Virus record (IMG/VR): IMGVR_UViG_3300030618_000013
DNA length: 64,000 bases
Source of the DNA: an uncultured virus (IMG/VR IMGVR_UViG_3300030618_000013)
Lineage: Duplodnaviria; Heunggongvirae; Uroviricota; Caudoviricetes
Strand: one strand, 5' to 3'
The stretch's first letter is position 1. Each line of letters starts with the position of its first letter. Both the position numbers and the translations under genes were made by a program. Positions 39,423-49,469 of the stretch are shown in pieces. Under the pieces are notes generated by a model. It was not told the DNA's origin, ran no database searches, and saw only the letters and a list, made by a program, of their open reading frames with translations.

Positions 39423-39779
39423 ATGGGTGGTTGGAAACCTTTTCATGATAGCTGCAGCAGCTCACCTTATGCTGTAGCTAACAGCAATCCGAATCCATAT
39501 AATTTTAAGATTCTTCAGTCTGTGGTGACCCGCTATGCTTCTAAAGTTTGTTTAGTTGTTAAAATTCACTATCCAGATGCCAAAAATTTTGAGGGTATAA
39601 AAATACTGGTATATTGTGATATAGACGGTGCTGATAACCTACTGGCTAAACTGAGTAACAAAATCGATCCTCATTTCAATGATTCAGGACCATGTCCTGA
39701 TGCTAGGTTCCCGCCTACGCAGAAAGGCTGGCGAAATGCTTTAGCCTTTGCTAAATTACTGGTTAGACTAGAATCTTAA
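39423..39779 (+). CDS. hypothetical protein, paralog of 47515
   Basis: SCSSSPYA..NSNP.P.NFKI, HYPDAKN.EG.K, DPHF, ARF.PT..GW. Confidence 0.75.
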   Translation: MGGWKPFHDSCSSSPYAVANSNPNPYNFKILQSVVTRYASKVCLVVKIHYPDAKNFEGIKILVYCDIDGADNLLAKLSNKIDPHFNDSGPCPDARFPPTQKGWRNALAFAKLLVRLES

Positions 39780-39797
39780 TTAAACTCTAAATAATTG

Positions 39798-39826
39798 TTG
39801 ACGTTGGCACCAACCTAAACTATACT
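39798..39826 (+). promoter_or_regulatory. repeated sigma70-type promoter, variant
   Basis: TTGACG-N17-TATACT with GTTGGCACCAAC shifted into the spacer; downstream CCAACGAAAAGGAA leader. Confidence 0.8.
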
Positions 39827-39873
39827 GGAATCACTCCACTGAATCAAACAACCCAACGAAAAGGAAGAACAAA

Positions 39874-40095
39874 ATGATCCACGCGCGAATCACCATCACA
39901 GCCTTCGGTGGAACTGATTACAGAACCGGTGCCGACCGTCTTCCTCGTACTTTTGAAGTTTGTGGTTATAACAAAGAAGAATGCAAGTCTAAAGCACTTG
40001 ACATGTATGGTGACTATAGCCAAGTCTCCAAGTACGTTGAATTCGATCCTGATTTTCCGCCCCAGTATGCCCACATGGACGAAGAAGATCTATAA
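39874..40095 (+). CDS. small early protein
   Basis: 73 aa ORF behind the promoter cassette. Confidence 0.7.
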   Translation: MIHARITITAFGGTDYRTGADRLPRTFEVCGYNKEECKSKALDMYGDYSQVSKYVEFDPDFPPQYAHMDEEDL

Positions 40096-40110
40096 AATCT
40101 AGTGTCAAAT

Positions 40111-40185
40111 CTGCCCTTAGCTCAACGGATAGAGCAACAGCCTTCTAAGCTGTGGGTCTAGGTTCGATTCCTAGAGGGCAGACCA
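40111..40185 (+). tRNA. tRNA-Arg(TCT)
   Basis: Acceptor CTGCCCT/AGGGCAG, D arm GCTC..GAGC, anticodon arm ACAGC-CTTCTAA-GCTGT, T loop GTTCGATTC, encoded CCA. Confidence 0.95.
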
Positions 40186-40209
40186 ACTATAAACTATTTA
40201 AAATAAATG

Positions 40210-40238
40210 TTGGCACCAGCACCAAATTAGTCTATACT
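40210..40238 (+). promoter_or_regulatory. repeated sigma70-type promoter
   Basis: TTGGCA-N17-TATACT. Confidence 0.8.
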
Positions 40239-40293
40239 GGGTTCATGGTTAAGTAATAACCGATTCAAAGTCCTAACGAAAAAGGAAAAGATC

Positions 40294-40941
40294 ATGAACT
40301 ATTCAGTAGACCCCCATATTTTAGCCCTAATCCTAGTGGCTGTTATTGCTGGTGCCTTGATCGTCGCCTTCTGGCGAATTGCCTTGGTAGCAGCCCTAAT
40401 TGTTGTTGTACTCGTGTTCATGGGCCACAGTTCGGATCCGATGACCGGGGTCTCCGATTTCTTAGGTTCAGCCGTTGATGCCTATCATGCGAAGCTGAAT
40501 CAGAATTTAATCACCATTCCGCCAGTAACTGTTGGTGACGTCCTGAACAAGGCTACTGACGTAGCCTCGTCTGCCATCTCAAATGCTGATGTGCCTCCGG
40601 TTGCGAGCGCGAGTTCCACACCAGCAGAGACCGACGAGGCTGGGCCAGCAAACGAGTCCAGCAACCCGAATGCACCATCCCCGATGTCACAGGTTGAACA
40701 CCAGTTTTTGGACCAGTGCATGGCTCGAAATGATAACAATGCTCGTCAATGCGTGGTCGACTGGTACGCAAAGAATCCTTGGGCTTGGAATAAGAAACAG
40801 GCTGAAATCAGTGAACAAGAAAAGTCTGACGATGAGGATACGGACACGAAAGAAATTGAAGCCGACAACAAGGCCGACAGTTCCAACTCAATCGTCCCCC
40901 CAATTCAGAGTACGAAGATCATCGTACAGGATCAACAGTAA
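40294..40941 (+). CDS. membrane protein
   Basis: Long N-terminal hydrophobic segment, low-complexity linker, Cys pair. Confidence 0.7.
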   Translation: MNYSVDPHILALILVAVIAGALIVAFWRIALVAALIVVVLVFMGHSSDPMTGVSDFLGSAVDAYHAKLNQNLITIPPVTVGDVLNKATDVASSAISNADVPPVASASSTPAETDEAGPANESSNPNAPSPMSQVEHQFLDQCMARNDNNARQCVVDWYAKNPWAWNKKQAEISEQEKSDDEDTDTKEIEADNKADSSNSIVPPIQSTKIIVQDQQ

Positions 40942-41247
40942 GGATTTATCATGTCGTTAAAGCAAGCCTTATGTGAACGTTGCCACAAATTTGGATATAT
41001 TGGTTACGACGAAGAGATGGAACAAAGTATATGCGGTAAATGTAGTCTAGACTTTACTGAGTCCATGGAACAGTACGAGATCGACAAGCATCACCGCATT
41101 GCCGAAAGCAACGAATATTAAGGACCCAACAATGTACAAATTTGAACAACAATCCAAGTTAAATTCTACCTTGGGACTGCTTGGTGCCTGTATCCTTGGT
41201 ATGCTTCTGGCCATCACCATATTCTTTCAACTTAGCTAGGACTTGAA

Positions 41248-41601
41248 ATGACACATGTTAAGGCAGCAGAACGATTGATTGCCACGTCCTTCGTTGGGGC
41301 TATGGCTAACTTGAATCCGAAGACGACGGGCATACCTCATGTTGTCGTGTGGATTTCAAAGAAGGAACCAACACATGCTTGTCGTGTGAAAGTTTCCAAT
41401 ATACGCGGTAAGTTCTCGGGCGAGGACAATTTTTCAATCGCGCTTCACGATGAGTCTATCGAAGGCGAAGTGAAGGTTTCGCCGAAAGATGTGAAGGCCG
41501 TCATCGAATGGATGAACCTGAACCGTAAGGTCATTCTGAAATATTGGAATGACCCCGAGTTTGACGTTGCCGAGTTGCTGGCGAAACTCAAAAAGATTTG
41601 A
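41248..41601 (+). CDS. DUF4160-like protein, paralog 3, with N-terminal VKAAERLIA tag
   Basis: MANLNPKTTGIP.VVWIS..HACRVKVS..W..LNR..ILKYWN. Confidence 0.65.
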   Translation: MTHVKAAERLIATSFVGAMANLNPKTTGIPHVVVWISKKEPTHACRVKVSNIRGKFSGEDNFSIALHDESIEGEVKVSPKDVKAVIEWMNLNRKVILKYWNDPEFDVAELLAKLKKI

Positions 41602-41608
41602 TTAGATG

Positions 41609-41636
41609 TTGGCACCATCTTAAATTGTGCTATACT
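41609..41636 (+). promoter_or_regulatory. repeated sigma70-type promoter
   Basis: TTGGCA-N16-TATACT with extended -10 TG, then GGAATCACTGCACTGAAGC. Confidence 0.75.
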
Positions 41637-41683
41637 GGAATCACTGCACTGAAGCAAACAGTCCAACGAAAAGGAAGAATAAA

Positions 41684-42091
41684 ATGGGTACGCGAGCAAT
41701 CACCAATGTTTTTGAAAACCAACAGCCTCTTGTTAGCCTGTACGTTCATAGCGATGGCTATCCTTCGGGCCACGGACTGGCACTGGCAGAATTTCTCAGT
41801 ACCCAGCGTTTAGTTACCGGGTTAGGTCCAGCTGATACACAACGAAGTTGTAACGGCGCTGGCTGTTTGGCTGCCCAATTGATTGCTTCACTCAAAACAT
41901 GCCCCGGCCATATTTATGTTCGGGCTTATGACGCAGCTGCGACTGAAGAATTCAGATACGATATTCGAGTCGAAACCTGGGTTGGGCTTGAAGCCCCAAC
42001 TCTGCGCGTTCAAGTTTTTAGTCGGAAGCCCGAAATGTTGTTCTCGGGTGGTGTCGAGGAATTCCTTAAATGGTGTAAGTCGGAAGCTTGA
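41684..42091 (+). CDS. conserved phage early protein (MGTR..YxHxDGYP type)
   Basis: MGTRAIT..LYVHSDGYPSGHG..NGAGCLAAQL; start moved to ATG 41684. Confidence 0.75.
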   Translation: MGTRAITNVFENQQPLVSLYVHSDGYPSGHGLALAEFLSTQRLVTGLGPADTQRSCNGAGCLAAQLIASLKTCPGHIYVRAYDAAATEEFRYDIRVETWVGLEAPTLRVQVFSRKPEMLFSGGVEEFLKWCKSEA

Positions 42092-42159
42092 ATCTGAACC
42101 GTAAGGTCATTCTCAAGTGTTGGAACGACCCTGAGTTTGACGCTGCCTAGTTTCTAGGG
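42088..42159 (+). repeat. degenerate copy of the 3' end of gene 41248-41601
   Basis: 72 nt align to 41512-41583 with 12 substitutions. Confidence 0.85.
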
Positions 42160-42165
42160 ATTACC

Positions 42166-43690
42166 ATGAACGACAAACCCTGTTACGCGAACGCAGACTG
42201 CATGTCTGCCGCCTGGAACGATGGACACACCTATGGTCTAAAAGGTGTGTACGCCCAGAACTACATAGACCTAAATACTCAGGCATGGTTTGATTATGCA
42301 GACGGCTGGACGACCGGGTACGCTGAACGAGACATATATCATGACGACAAAGAATAGCAACAAGCAGATAGATAAGGTGATGGCTTTCTTGTGCTCCTTC
42401 CTAGGTACGGGCTATGAGTTGGAATCTTATTACGGCACGGGACACGGTGTTAGCTGGCCCACGCAGAATATAAATAATCTGGTGATTCAGGTAGATTTGA
42501 GTACCTGTGTGGGTGGTCGTCGCAGTTTCCTACTTGATGTGTGGTTATGGACTGCATACGAGGATACCGACGTAGACGGCGCACGTTTTACCATAAAGTT
42601 CAGTACGTTTACGAGCTTCCAAAAGAGCTGGGAGCGAAAGCTAGGCGAAGTTGTCGAGGACTATCGCGCAGACATACGCAGAATCCAGCTCGGTATAGAC
42701 GACACCCAAGCCTTTATGTTGAAGGTAACGCAATTGCCGCTACCTCAGAATTGATTAAGAGACTGACTGACGGGTTGAGTGTGCGTGTGGTATAATTGAA
42801 GTGTCACACGCATTCACACCAATCAATCTAATTGGGGGATTCACTATGAGCCTCAGATCGAAGGCTAAAGCAGAGAAGAAACGTGAGCAATTAAGACTGC
42901 AACGCGAACGAGAGGTTGCAGCAGTAAATGCACGCGTAGCAGAATTGAAGACTAGGACCGCAGGATTTGCCAGGTCACCGCGCCCGCCAGAAATGGATGA
43001 AGCCTATAACCGCGCAAAGATACCGGTCTACGCACGACAGAACAAAGTACACCATGTCGGGACTTTGCACTCACGGTTTGATATGTCCGTGACGCCAAAG
43101 AAACCCGTGGTTGTTGGTGATGGTGGTGAGACCTCAGAAGAATTAATGTTGCGCGAGGTGAAGGCCCTAGAGCGCACTCGCGAGATCCAGAAGAGAGTTG
43201 ACGTCGCCTTTAATAAGGGAGGGCTTCAACTCCTATCAGAGGGTGAGTTCGAAGCCATGCGTAAAGGTGAGTTAAGGAGACGGTCATGAAGTTGGAAGTC
43301 GGTGACAAGATACATTGGCTAGGCGGCGACCGATCTGGATTAAAATCGAGGCCGACTAAAGATGGTACCATCATTAGTATAAATCCTGGTGCTAGACGCC
43401 CAATGGAGCCTGAGTGGGTTTATGTGGCACCTTGGGTCAAAGCGGGGTTCCCAATCTTGATTTTGGTGCGGGACATCGTAAAGGTCAACGGCAAGGATGT
43501 TAGAGCTGAAGCCAAAGTAGAGAAGGATATGCAAGAACACATGCTGCTTGTCTACGAATTCGCGTCGTCTTACAACCGTGACTCACTACGCGACCCAGAC
43601 GCATACGCAAAAATACACGCCGCACTCAAACAGCGGATGCGTGAGCTTTTCCGCAAAGCCAATGCCAACAAAGAAGGGAGCGCCACATGA
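42166..43690 (+). CDS. four hypothetical genes (42166-42357, 42341-42754, 42846-43289, 43286-43690)
   Basis: Consecutive + strand ORFs; TGTGGTATAAT extended -10 before 42846. Confidence 0.6.
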
Positions 43691-44130
43691 GCTACATGAA
43701 TACTGAAGTCCCCGCATCTGGGCCTAATTTTGATCTTCTGCGTGAAGCCTTTAAAGTTATTGAGGATTCACCTGAAGAGGAAATCAACCTAGATAAATGG
43801 GTGTGCGGCACCCAGTTCTGTGCCGGAGGTAAGCTAACCACGGTTAAGAAATTCCAAGACCTAGGTCTTGGACTCACACCTCTATATGGTGATCGGAGAT
43901 ACCCACCAGATTGGTTGTATCTGTCTGTGGATGGTAATAACTTTCTGGGATTTAAGGCCCTGTCTAACCTATTCGGTATACCCTATCCCGACGCAGAATT
44001 TCTATTCGATAGCGTTATCGATAATTACCATGACGAACCACGCAGTGTAGACTGGGAGAAATGTACTGACCGTCAAATCTTCCTGTCCCGTATGCGTGTA
44101 TACTTTATCAGAGAAGGCCAAACTCTTTAA
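43687..44130 (+). CDS. hypothetical protein, family with 44139 and 54966
   Basis: NFDLLR.A..VI.DSP.EEINLD.WVCGTQFCA.GKLT. Confidence 0.75.
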   Translation: MSYMNTEVPASGPNFDLLREAFKVIEDSPEEEINLDKWVCGTQFCAGGKLTTVKKFQDLGLGLTPLYGDRRYPPDWLYLSVDGNNFLGFKALSNLFGIPYPDAEFLFDSVIDNYHDEPRSVDWEKCTDRQIFLSRMRVYFIREGQTL

Positions 44131-44138
44131 GGACTCAA

Positions 44139-44600
44139 ATGGACTCAGTCTTGAAAGACCAGGGGATCCCAAACTTCGATCTGCTGCGTGCTGCTTACGA
44201 AGTGATAAAAGATTCTCCTGACGAGGAAATCAACCTGGATACCTGGGTGTGCGGAACGCAGTTCTGTGCTGCTGGCAAGTTAACACAGGCAAAGAAATTC
44301 AGAGACCTTGGATTACGTCTAGAACGTGATAGGCGTTTTTTTGACGACGACCTGACGTACTTCCACCTAGTGTTTAGAACATCAGAAGATGCGGACCCGA
44401 GTTATAGTTTTAACGCGCTGTCGAAATTATTTAATTTTCCTAGGACTTGTTATGACCTTATTGCTAGGGAACTTTTTGACTCAGTAAAAACTAACGAACA
44501 AATTGAGGACTATGTAGATTGGTCTGCCTGTACCGACCGTCAAATATTTTTATCGCGCATGCGTCTATTCTTTACTAAACACAATCAAGTTTTGGTCTAA
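44139..44600 (+). CDS. tandem paralog of 43687
   Basis: Near-identical N-terminus and CTDRQIFLSRMR end. Confidence 0.75.
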   Translation: MDSVLKDQGIPNFDLLRAAYEVIKDSPDEEINLDTWVCGTQFCAAGKLTQAKKFRDLGLRLERDRRFFDDDLTYFHLVFRTSEDADPSYSFNALSKLFNFPRTCYDLIARELFDSVKTNEQIEDYVDWSACTDRQIFLSRMRLFFTKHNQVLV

Positions 44601-44604
44601 GACT

Positions 44605-45768
44605 ATGAACCATAATCCACAAATAGTAGCTCTGATTTTTGCTGTGCTTGCCCTAACCCTGAGCTTATTCTCCATATCTTATTCTTGGTTTCGTTGGTAT
44701 CGAAAAGATTATGTGACTCGCTATCTACTCAAGTCAGAGTTGAAACGAATGCAGGTCTTGACCGAAGCCTTCAACAAGGTTTATATTAAGACTTCATCAG
44801 CGGCTGATGATGAGGATTGGTTAGAGGCTGCATTGATTGCCCGACAAATAGTTAAGGCTCTAGGCACCAATGATTTAATAGACGACTCATCATTTTATCA
44901 AGTCTACTCAAAAAACATTTCCTGATATTGAACAGACAAGCTATGAAAATTCGCATAATTAACCATGGACGTTCGTTCGAAATTGATCCTTATGAAAAAT
45001 GTGGGTCACCCTCGGTAGGTCGGGGTCGAACTATGAAAGAAGCGTTAGGCGATTTTCTGATCAGTTATCAGAAAGAGCTGGGGCTTGAAATTGATCTAGA
45101 TGAAGCAGCACAGAAAACAGAAAGAAATCGCCGTCGGCGGGAACTAGCTAAACGCTAAAGGTAAATAACATGACTGATCGTTATCATTCTCTTACAGTTG
45201 TGCTGGACAAAGACCTACGCGAGGACGACGCAGAAGTTATAATCTCTGCGATAAAGTGCTTGCGTAGTGTCGTCAGTGTTACCGGCAATGTTAGTGTTGC
45301 CGACTACGACCTTCACGTGGCACAAGTGCGCGCACGTATGGACATCATCGATAAGTTGAACGAGGCACTATACCCGAAGAACCAAACGAAATGAAATACT
45401 CCTACAACGAAGTCGAGCTTCGCGTAGTTGCCTTAAAGCTTAAGGGGCAGGTGACTGCGTACCCTTACGGGTCAGTTCAGGACATTGAGCAGCTGATTCT
45501 GAAAGACATGCGGGAAATCATAGATGAGAATTACGACGCACTCTCAGAAGGACGTGCTTCGTTCAACATGATGGTCGGTGGTTATTACATTGCGGTCAAT
45601 AGTTACCCAGCTGACAAGCATAGACCAGAGCATGAAGTATGCGTTACGTTCTTGTTGAGTCCTACGCACTTTTTCATAAAGGAGGCTGAAGCACTGTATG
45701 GTACAGAGTTAGAAATTTACAGAGTCATAAATGTTGTTGACGATGACGACGAGGACTACTTACGCTGA
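44605..45768 (+). CDS. four small hypothetical genes (44605-44925, 44928-45158, 45170-45394, 45391-45768)
   Basis: Abutting ORFs; the first has an N-terminal TM helix. Confidence 0.6.
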
Positions 45769-46402
45769 AAGCCTGGACTGACTATCCGATAACCCAATTG
45801 GGTGACCGCCCGCACGCAGAGGCACCCGTGCGCGAAGTCGAGATCATAAGCTACGACCGTAACAAGTATTGCCAAGTATTAGTTGGCGGTGTTATCGAAT
45901 CGATAAAGCGTGGGTATATATATACCGCAAGCCCGGTCGCTATGGCGAGGTACGCATTGTGGACAGGCGTCGGCTCAGGGACTACCGTGGTAGACACATA
46001 TGGAAGCTTGAACGCGCTTGGGGTCACCAGACGAGCTATCATATCTACTCGTATGATCCGCAACAATCGTACCCAGATTTTGAATCTATTTCTGCAGTTA
46101 AGGCCTATATAGTTAAGCATCAGATCACCGAGGGGGAAGTCTGGAAAGACCATAGCACGTATGGCCATGGCACTTCACGTTTTGACCACGATTTTTGGCG
46201 ATCCATCAACGACCCCGGTTACAAACGGCTGGAACCCAATCAGGTGTGCGCCATGTGGGAAGGGCTGGATCCACGCGCTATCGTAGACAGCGGACGGCCG
46301 TACAAAGAGTGGGAACCAATGTTGCGGCAGGCCTTCGCCCGTGCGATTGAGGACCACGTATTGCAGGAACTAACCAATAATGCAACTCAACCTAAAACAT
46401 AG
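45765..46402 (+). pseudogene. gene split by a frameshift in the (TA)5 tract at 45915-45924
   Basis: KAWTDYP..SYDRNKYC..IKRGYIY joins RKPGRYGEV of ORF 45869 if one TA is removed; apparent CTG start behind GAGGA. Confidence 0.65.
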
Positions 46403-47512
46403 GGCAGTACTCGGGGCCTTCACCTTCTACACTAGATGGACCACCTTCAAGGACTTGAGAGGGCTGCAAGCTCGTCACATTCACAAGCTAAGCCCACGGA
46501 CGTTCGACAACTTGTGGCGTGTGGGCTATGTAGCACTTGGTATATCCAATACGTGTAAGGCGCTGGTAAAGGCGGGTCTCATGGTGCGCGTCGGTGAAGT
46601 CTATAGGCCATGGACCTCACCTAGAGGAGTGGACTGCGCGTATAAAAGCCCGGTCTTTGCCCCCACTGACTACGGACTGATGCTCATGTTAAATGAGCTG
46701 GATCTCGCGTGCCTGCCACTAGAGAAAGACCTACAAATCTTACGCCTCGACATTAGGAAATCTGAATCTGATAGTTACCACCCACGTTTCGCCATGCATG
46801 CACCACGTACCTGGGATATTGACTTCCGCCAGCATATTCTATGATATTCTATGGGACCCAACGGAAGCCGATCATTTAAAACTCAGTAGAAATCGTAGAC
46901 GTCTATTAGGAAATTGATATGAACATCACTGATGCACTTGCAATTCTATGCGCTCCTAACATCAAGCTTGGTCCGGAGCTAGTGGCTGAAGCTAAGCTTA
47001 CGGTCAACAACCACGTTGTTTCAAACTTTCTGACACTATCCAAGCCGGATCCCGATCGAACGGCGAACGACAGTGCAGAAGAAGCAGCGAGAGAACTTGA
47101 AGACGCATTTAGAGAGCTGGACGAGATGGGCAGCGAGAAGCCCGATGCGTATATCCATACGATCACTTGGCACGATACTACGATTCGCTGGGTGTCGAAG
47201 TGTGATACAGTACCAGCTAAGTATAGGCCGTATTTAAGTCCCCGTGATGCCGTTCATACGGCAGAGGCCTTAGTTAAACGTGTAGACTCCAGTGTGTCTT
47301 CCCACCAACCACTAAAGAAGGTTGGTGGGACGAGCAGGGACGCAGTTTCCCGCCTACGTGCCTTCGTCAAAGCCTACAAAGCTGCACCCGGTTGGTATAC
47401 TTCGCCCAATCCTACGCTGTACACCGTCAATAGTGAAAAGGAAGGTCGTCACTCAATTTTATTCGCTGACCTTGAACGGGTTCTTTCCCGTTTCATTCCC
47501 TTTGAGGAGTAG
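46380..47512 (+). CDS. two hypothetical genes (46380-46844, 46919-47512)
   Basis: 154 and 197 aa ORFs with AGGA RBS. Confidence 0.6.
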
Positions 47513-47514
47513 TC

Positions 47515-47865
47515 ATGGGACTCTCACCGCTAAAGAGTTGCTCGTCGTCTCCTTACGCTGCACCCAACAGCAATCCAAGTCCATCGAATTTCAAGATCAT
47601 CAATTCGCGAACATTCCCAGGCCTGGACCAAGACGTGTTGGTTCTTCAAGTTCACTACCCCGATGCCAAAAACTATGAAGGGATGAAGACCTTGGTTTAT
47701 CTTGGTTACTCCTCGGTGGCTGAACTTCTGGACCAAGCACAAAACAAATTAGACCCGCACTTCGCGTCCTCCGGGGTTAGTCCAATTGCTCGTTTCCAAC
47801 CCACTACTAGCGGTTGGTCGAACGCCTGCAAATTCGCGAAGATGTTAGTTTCGGCTCAAATCTGA
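47515..47865 (+). CDS. hypothetical protein, paralog of 39423
   Basis: Shared motifs as listed for 39423. Confidence 0.75.
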   Translation: MGLSPLKSCSSSPYAAPNSNPSPSNFKIINSRTFPGLDQDVLVLQVHYPDAKNYEGMKTLVYLGYSSVAELLDQAQNKLDPHFASSGVSPIARFQPTTSGWSNACKFAKMLVSAQI

Positions 47866-47873
47866 GGACTACT

Positions 47874-48191
47874 ATGTCAATCGCGGATGACCTATGCAAC
47901 GGAGTTCGTTCCCAAGCCGCGCTGGCCGAGCATTTCAAGAATTTGTGGATGCAGGCCAACATCGAGCTTGAAAGCGAGAAAGCTCGCACGGCTGAATTAC
48001 TGAAGTTGGTGCCTAAGGAAAAACTGGGACAACTCAAGCAGTTAATTTATTCAAGCCTGCATATCACAGTGATTATGACCGTCATCCAACTAAAAACGTT
48101 CGTTCAATGTCAGACAAACAATTGTGGTTACATCGTGTGCGCACATTCCTGTCGGAGTACGAGACAACACCCTAAGGATTTTCGTCATTAA
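47874..48191 (+). CDS. hypothetical protein, paralog of 29514
   Basis: AEHFKNLWMQA; GAGGA RBS before ATG 47874. Confidence 0.6.
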   Translation: MSIADDLCNGVRSQAALAEHFKNLWMQANIELESEKARTAELLKLVPKEKLGQLKQLIYSSLHITVIMTVIQLKTFVQCQTNNCGYIVCAHSCRSTRQHPKDFRH

Positions 48192-48223
48192 AACGGCGGA
48201 GTAAATACAAATTGAATCAAACT

Positions 48224-48268
48224 GAACACAGAGAGTGTTCTTTTATTAACTGCAAAGGAGATTTGCAA
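48224..48268 (+). promoter_or_regulatory. structured leader of nadM (second copy at 49421-49469 before nadV)
   Basis: AGAGA-loop hairpin then identical AACTGCAAAGGAGATTTGC. Confidence 0.7.
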
Positions 48269-49387
48269 ATGTCAAACATCTATGAGTATGAATTCGATAT
48301 GCTTGTGTTCATTGGTCGATTTCGCCCCTTACATAATGGCCACAAGCATGTTATTGATGAAGCATTAAAGAAAGCGCGTCATGTACTGGTCTTGACGGGT
48401 TCAGCCAACCGCCCTCGTACCCGAAAGAATCCCTGGACGGCAGTTGAAGTCGAAGAGATGCTATGGCGCACGTACAAGCAGGAAATCAGAGACAGTCGCA
48501 TCATCGTTCAGTTCTTAGACGATCACATGCATGACCACGATTTCCACTGGTGTATGGATGTCCATAAGAAGGTTGCTTACGTTCAGAACAAACTTGCAGA
48601 TGATGATTGGCCTATACCTAGGACTATAGGACTGATTGGTTTCTCTAAGGACCATACCTCGTACTATCTGAAGAAATTCCCGCAGTGGGGTTCAGTCAAC
48701 GTGCATGGTTACAAGGTACAACAGTTGGGTATGCCCGGCTTAGGTGTGACTCTAAATGCAACGGATCTACGCGATTCCATTCTGGCCGGTACGTGGAACT
48801 ATTCACGGCAGCACGTACCTGAACCCGTGGCGGAGTATCTTGATACTTGGATTCCACGTAACGTTGAGTTTATAGATGGTTTGCGCGATCAGCGTGACTT
48901 TGCTGCTCAGTACAAAATTGAGCACCAGTATGCGGGCAACAAACCCTATCGTCCTATAATGACGACTACTGATTCAGTGTTCATTCAGTCATCACACGTA
49001 CTGCTGGGTAAACGCAAATTGAATCCTGGTAAAGGACTGTGGGCGCTACCAGGTGGATTTGCACACGATGACGAAGTGTTAGCTGACAGTTCATTGCGTG
49101 AATCTCACGAGGAAACACGCATTAAGTTACCGCGTTCAATGTTGGACCTGTCATTCAGGTTCAAGCACGTGTTCTCTGATCCGAATCGGTCAGATGACCG
49201 GGGACGCATCATCACGCATGCGTATCTGTATCTACTGAACGACAATACTTCTTTACCTCTCGTAGAGGCAAACGATGATTTCGAAGAGGTCAAGTGGGTA
49301 CCGCTCGGGCTACTTCAAGCGCATGAGCTATACTCGGATCACTTCTGGATCATCCATAAGATGATTAACTTGATTCCGTGTGATTAA
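48269..49387 (+). CDS. nadM: bifunctional NMN adenylyltransferase / ADP-ribose pyrophosphatase (NadM-Nudix)
   Basis: FIGRFRPLHNGH (HxGH), GSAN..KNPW, KDHTSYYL..FP.W, Nudix box WALPGGF..LRESHEET. Confidence 0.93.
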   Translation: MSNIYEYEFDMLVFIGRFRPLHNGHKHVIDEALKKARHVLVLTGSANRPRTRKNPWTAVEVEEMLWRTYKQEIRDSRIIVQFLDDHMHDHDFHWCMDVHKKVAYVQNKLADDDWPIPRTIGLIGFSKDHTSYYLKKFPQWGSVNVHGYKVQQLGMPGLGVTLNATDLRDSILAGTWNYSRQHVPEPVAEYLDTWIPRNVEFIDGLRDQRDFAAQYKIEHQYAGNKPYRPIMTTTDSVFIQSSHVLLGKRKLNPGKGLWALPGGFAHDDEVLADSSLRESHEETRIKLPRSMLDLSFRFKHVFSDPNRSDDRGRIITHAYLYLLNDNTSLPLVEANDDFEEVKWVPLGLLQAHELYSDHFWIIHKMINLIPCD

Positions 49388-49469
49388 TAATTCCGTGTTC
49401 GGTCGTTTATACTAGACCAAACCCTAGGCAGAGAGCCTGGGTCTTTAAAAACTGCAAAGGAGATTTGCC

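Noticed and set aside
41512..42159. Diversity-generating retroelement TR/VR pair
   Set aside because: Mismatches are not adenine-specific, half are synonymous, and no reverse transcriptase is in the window.
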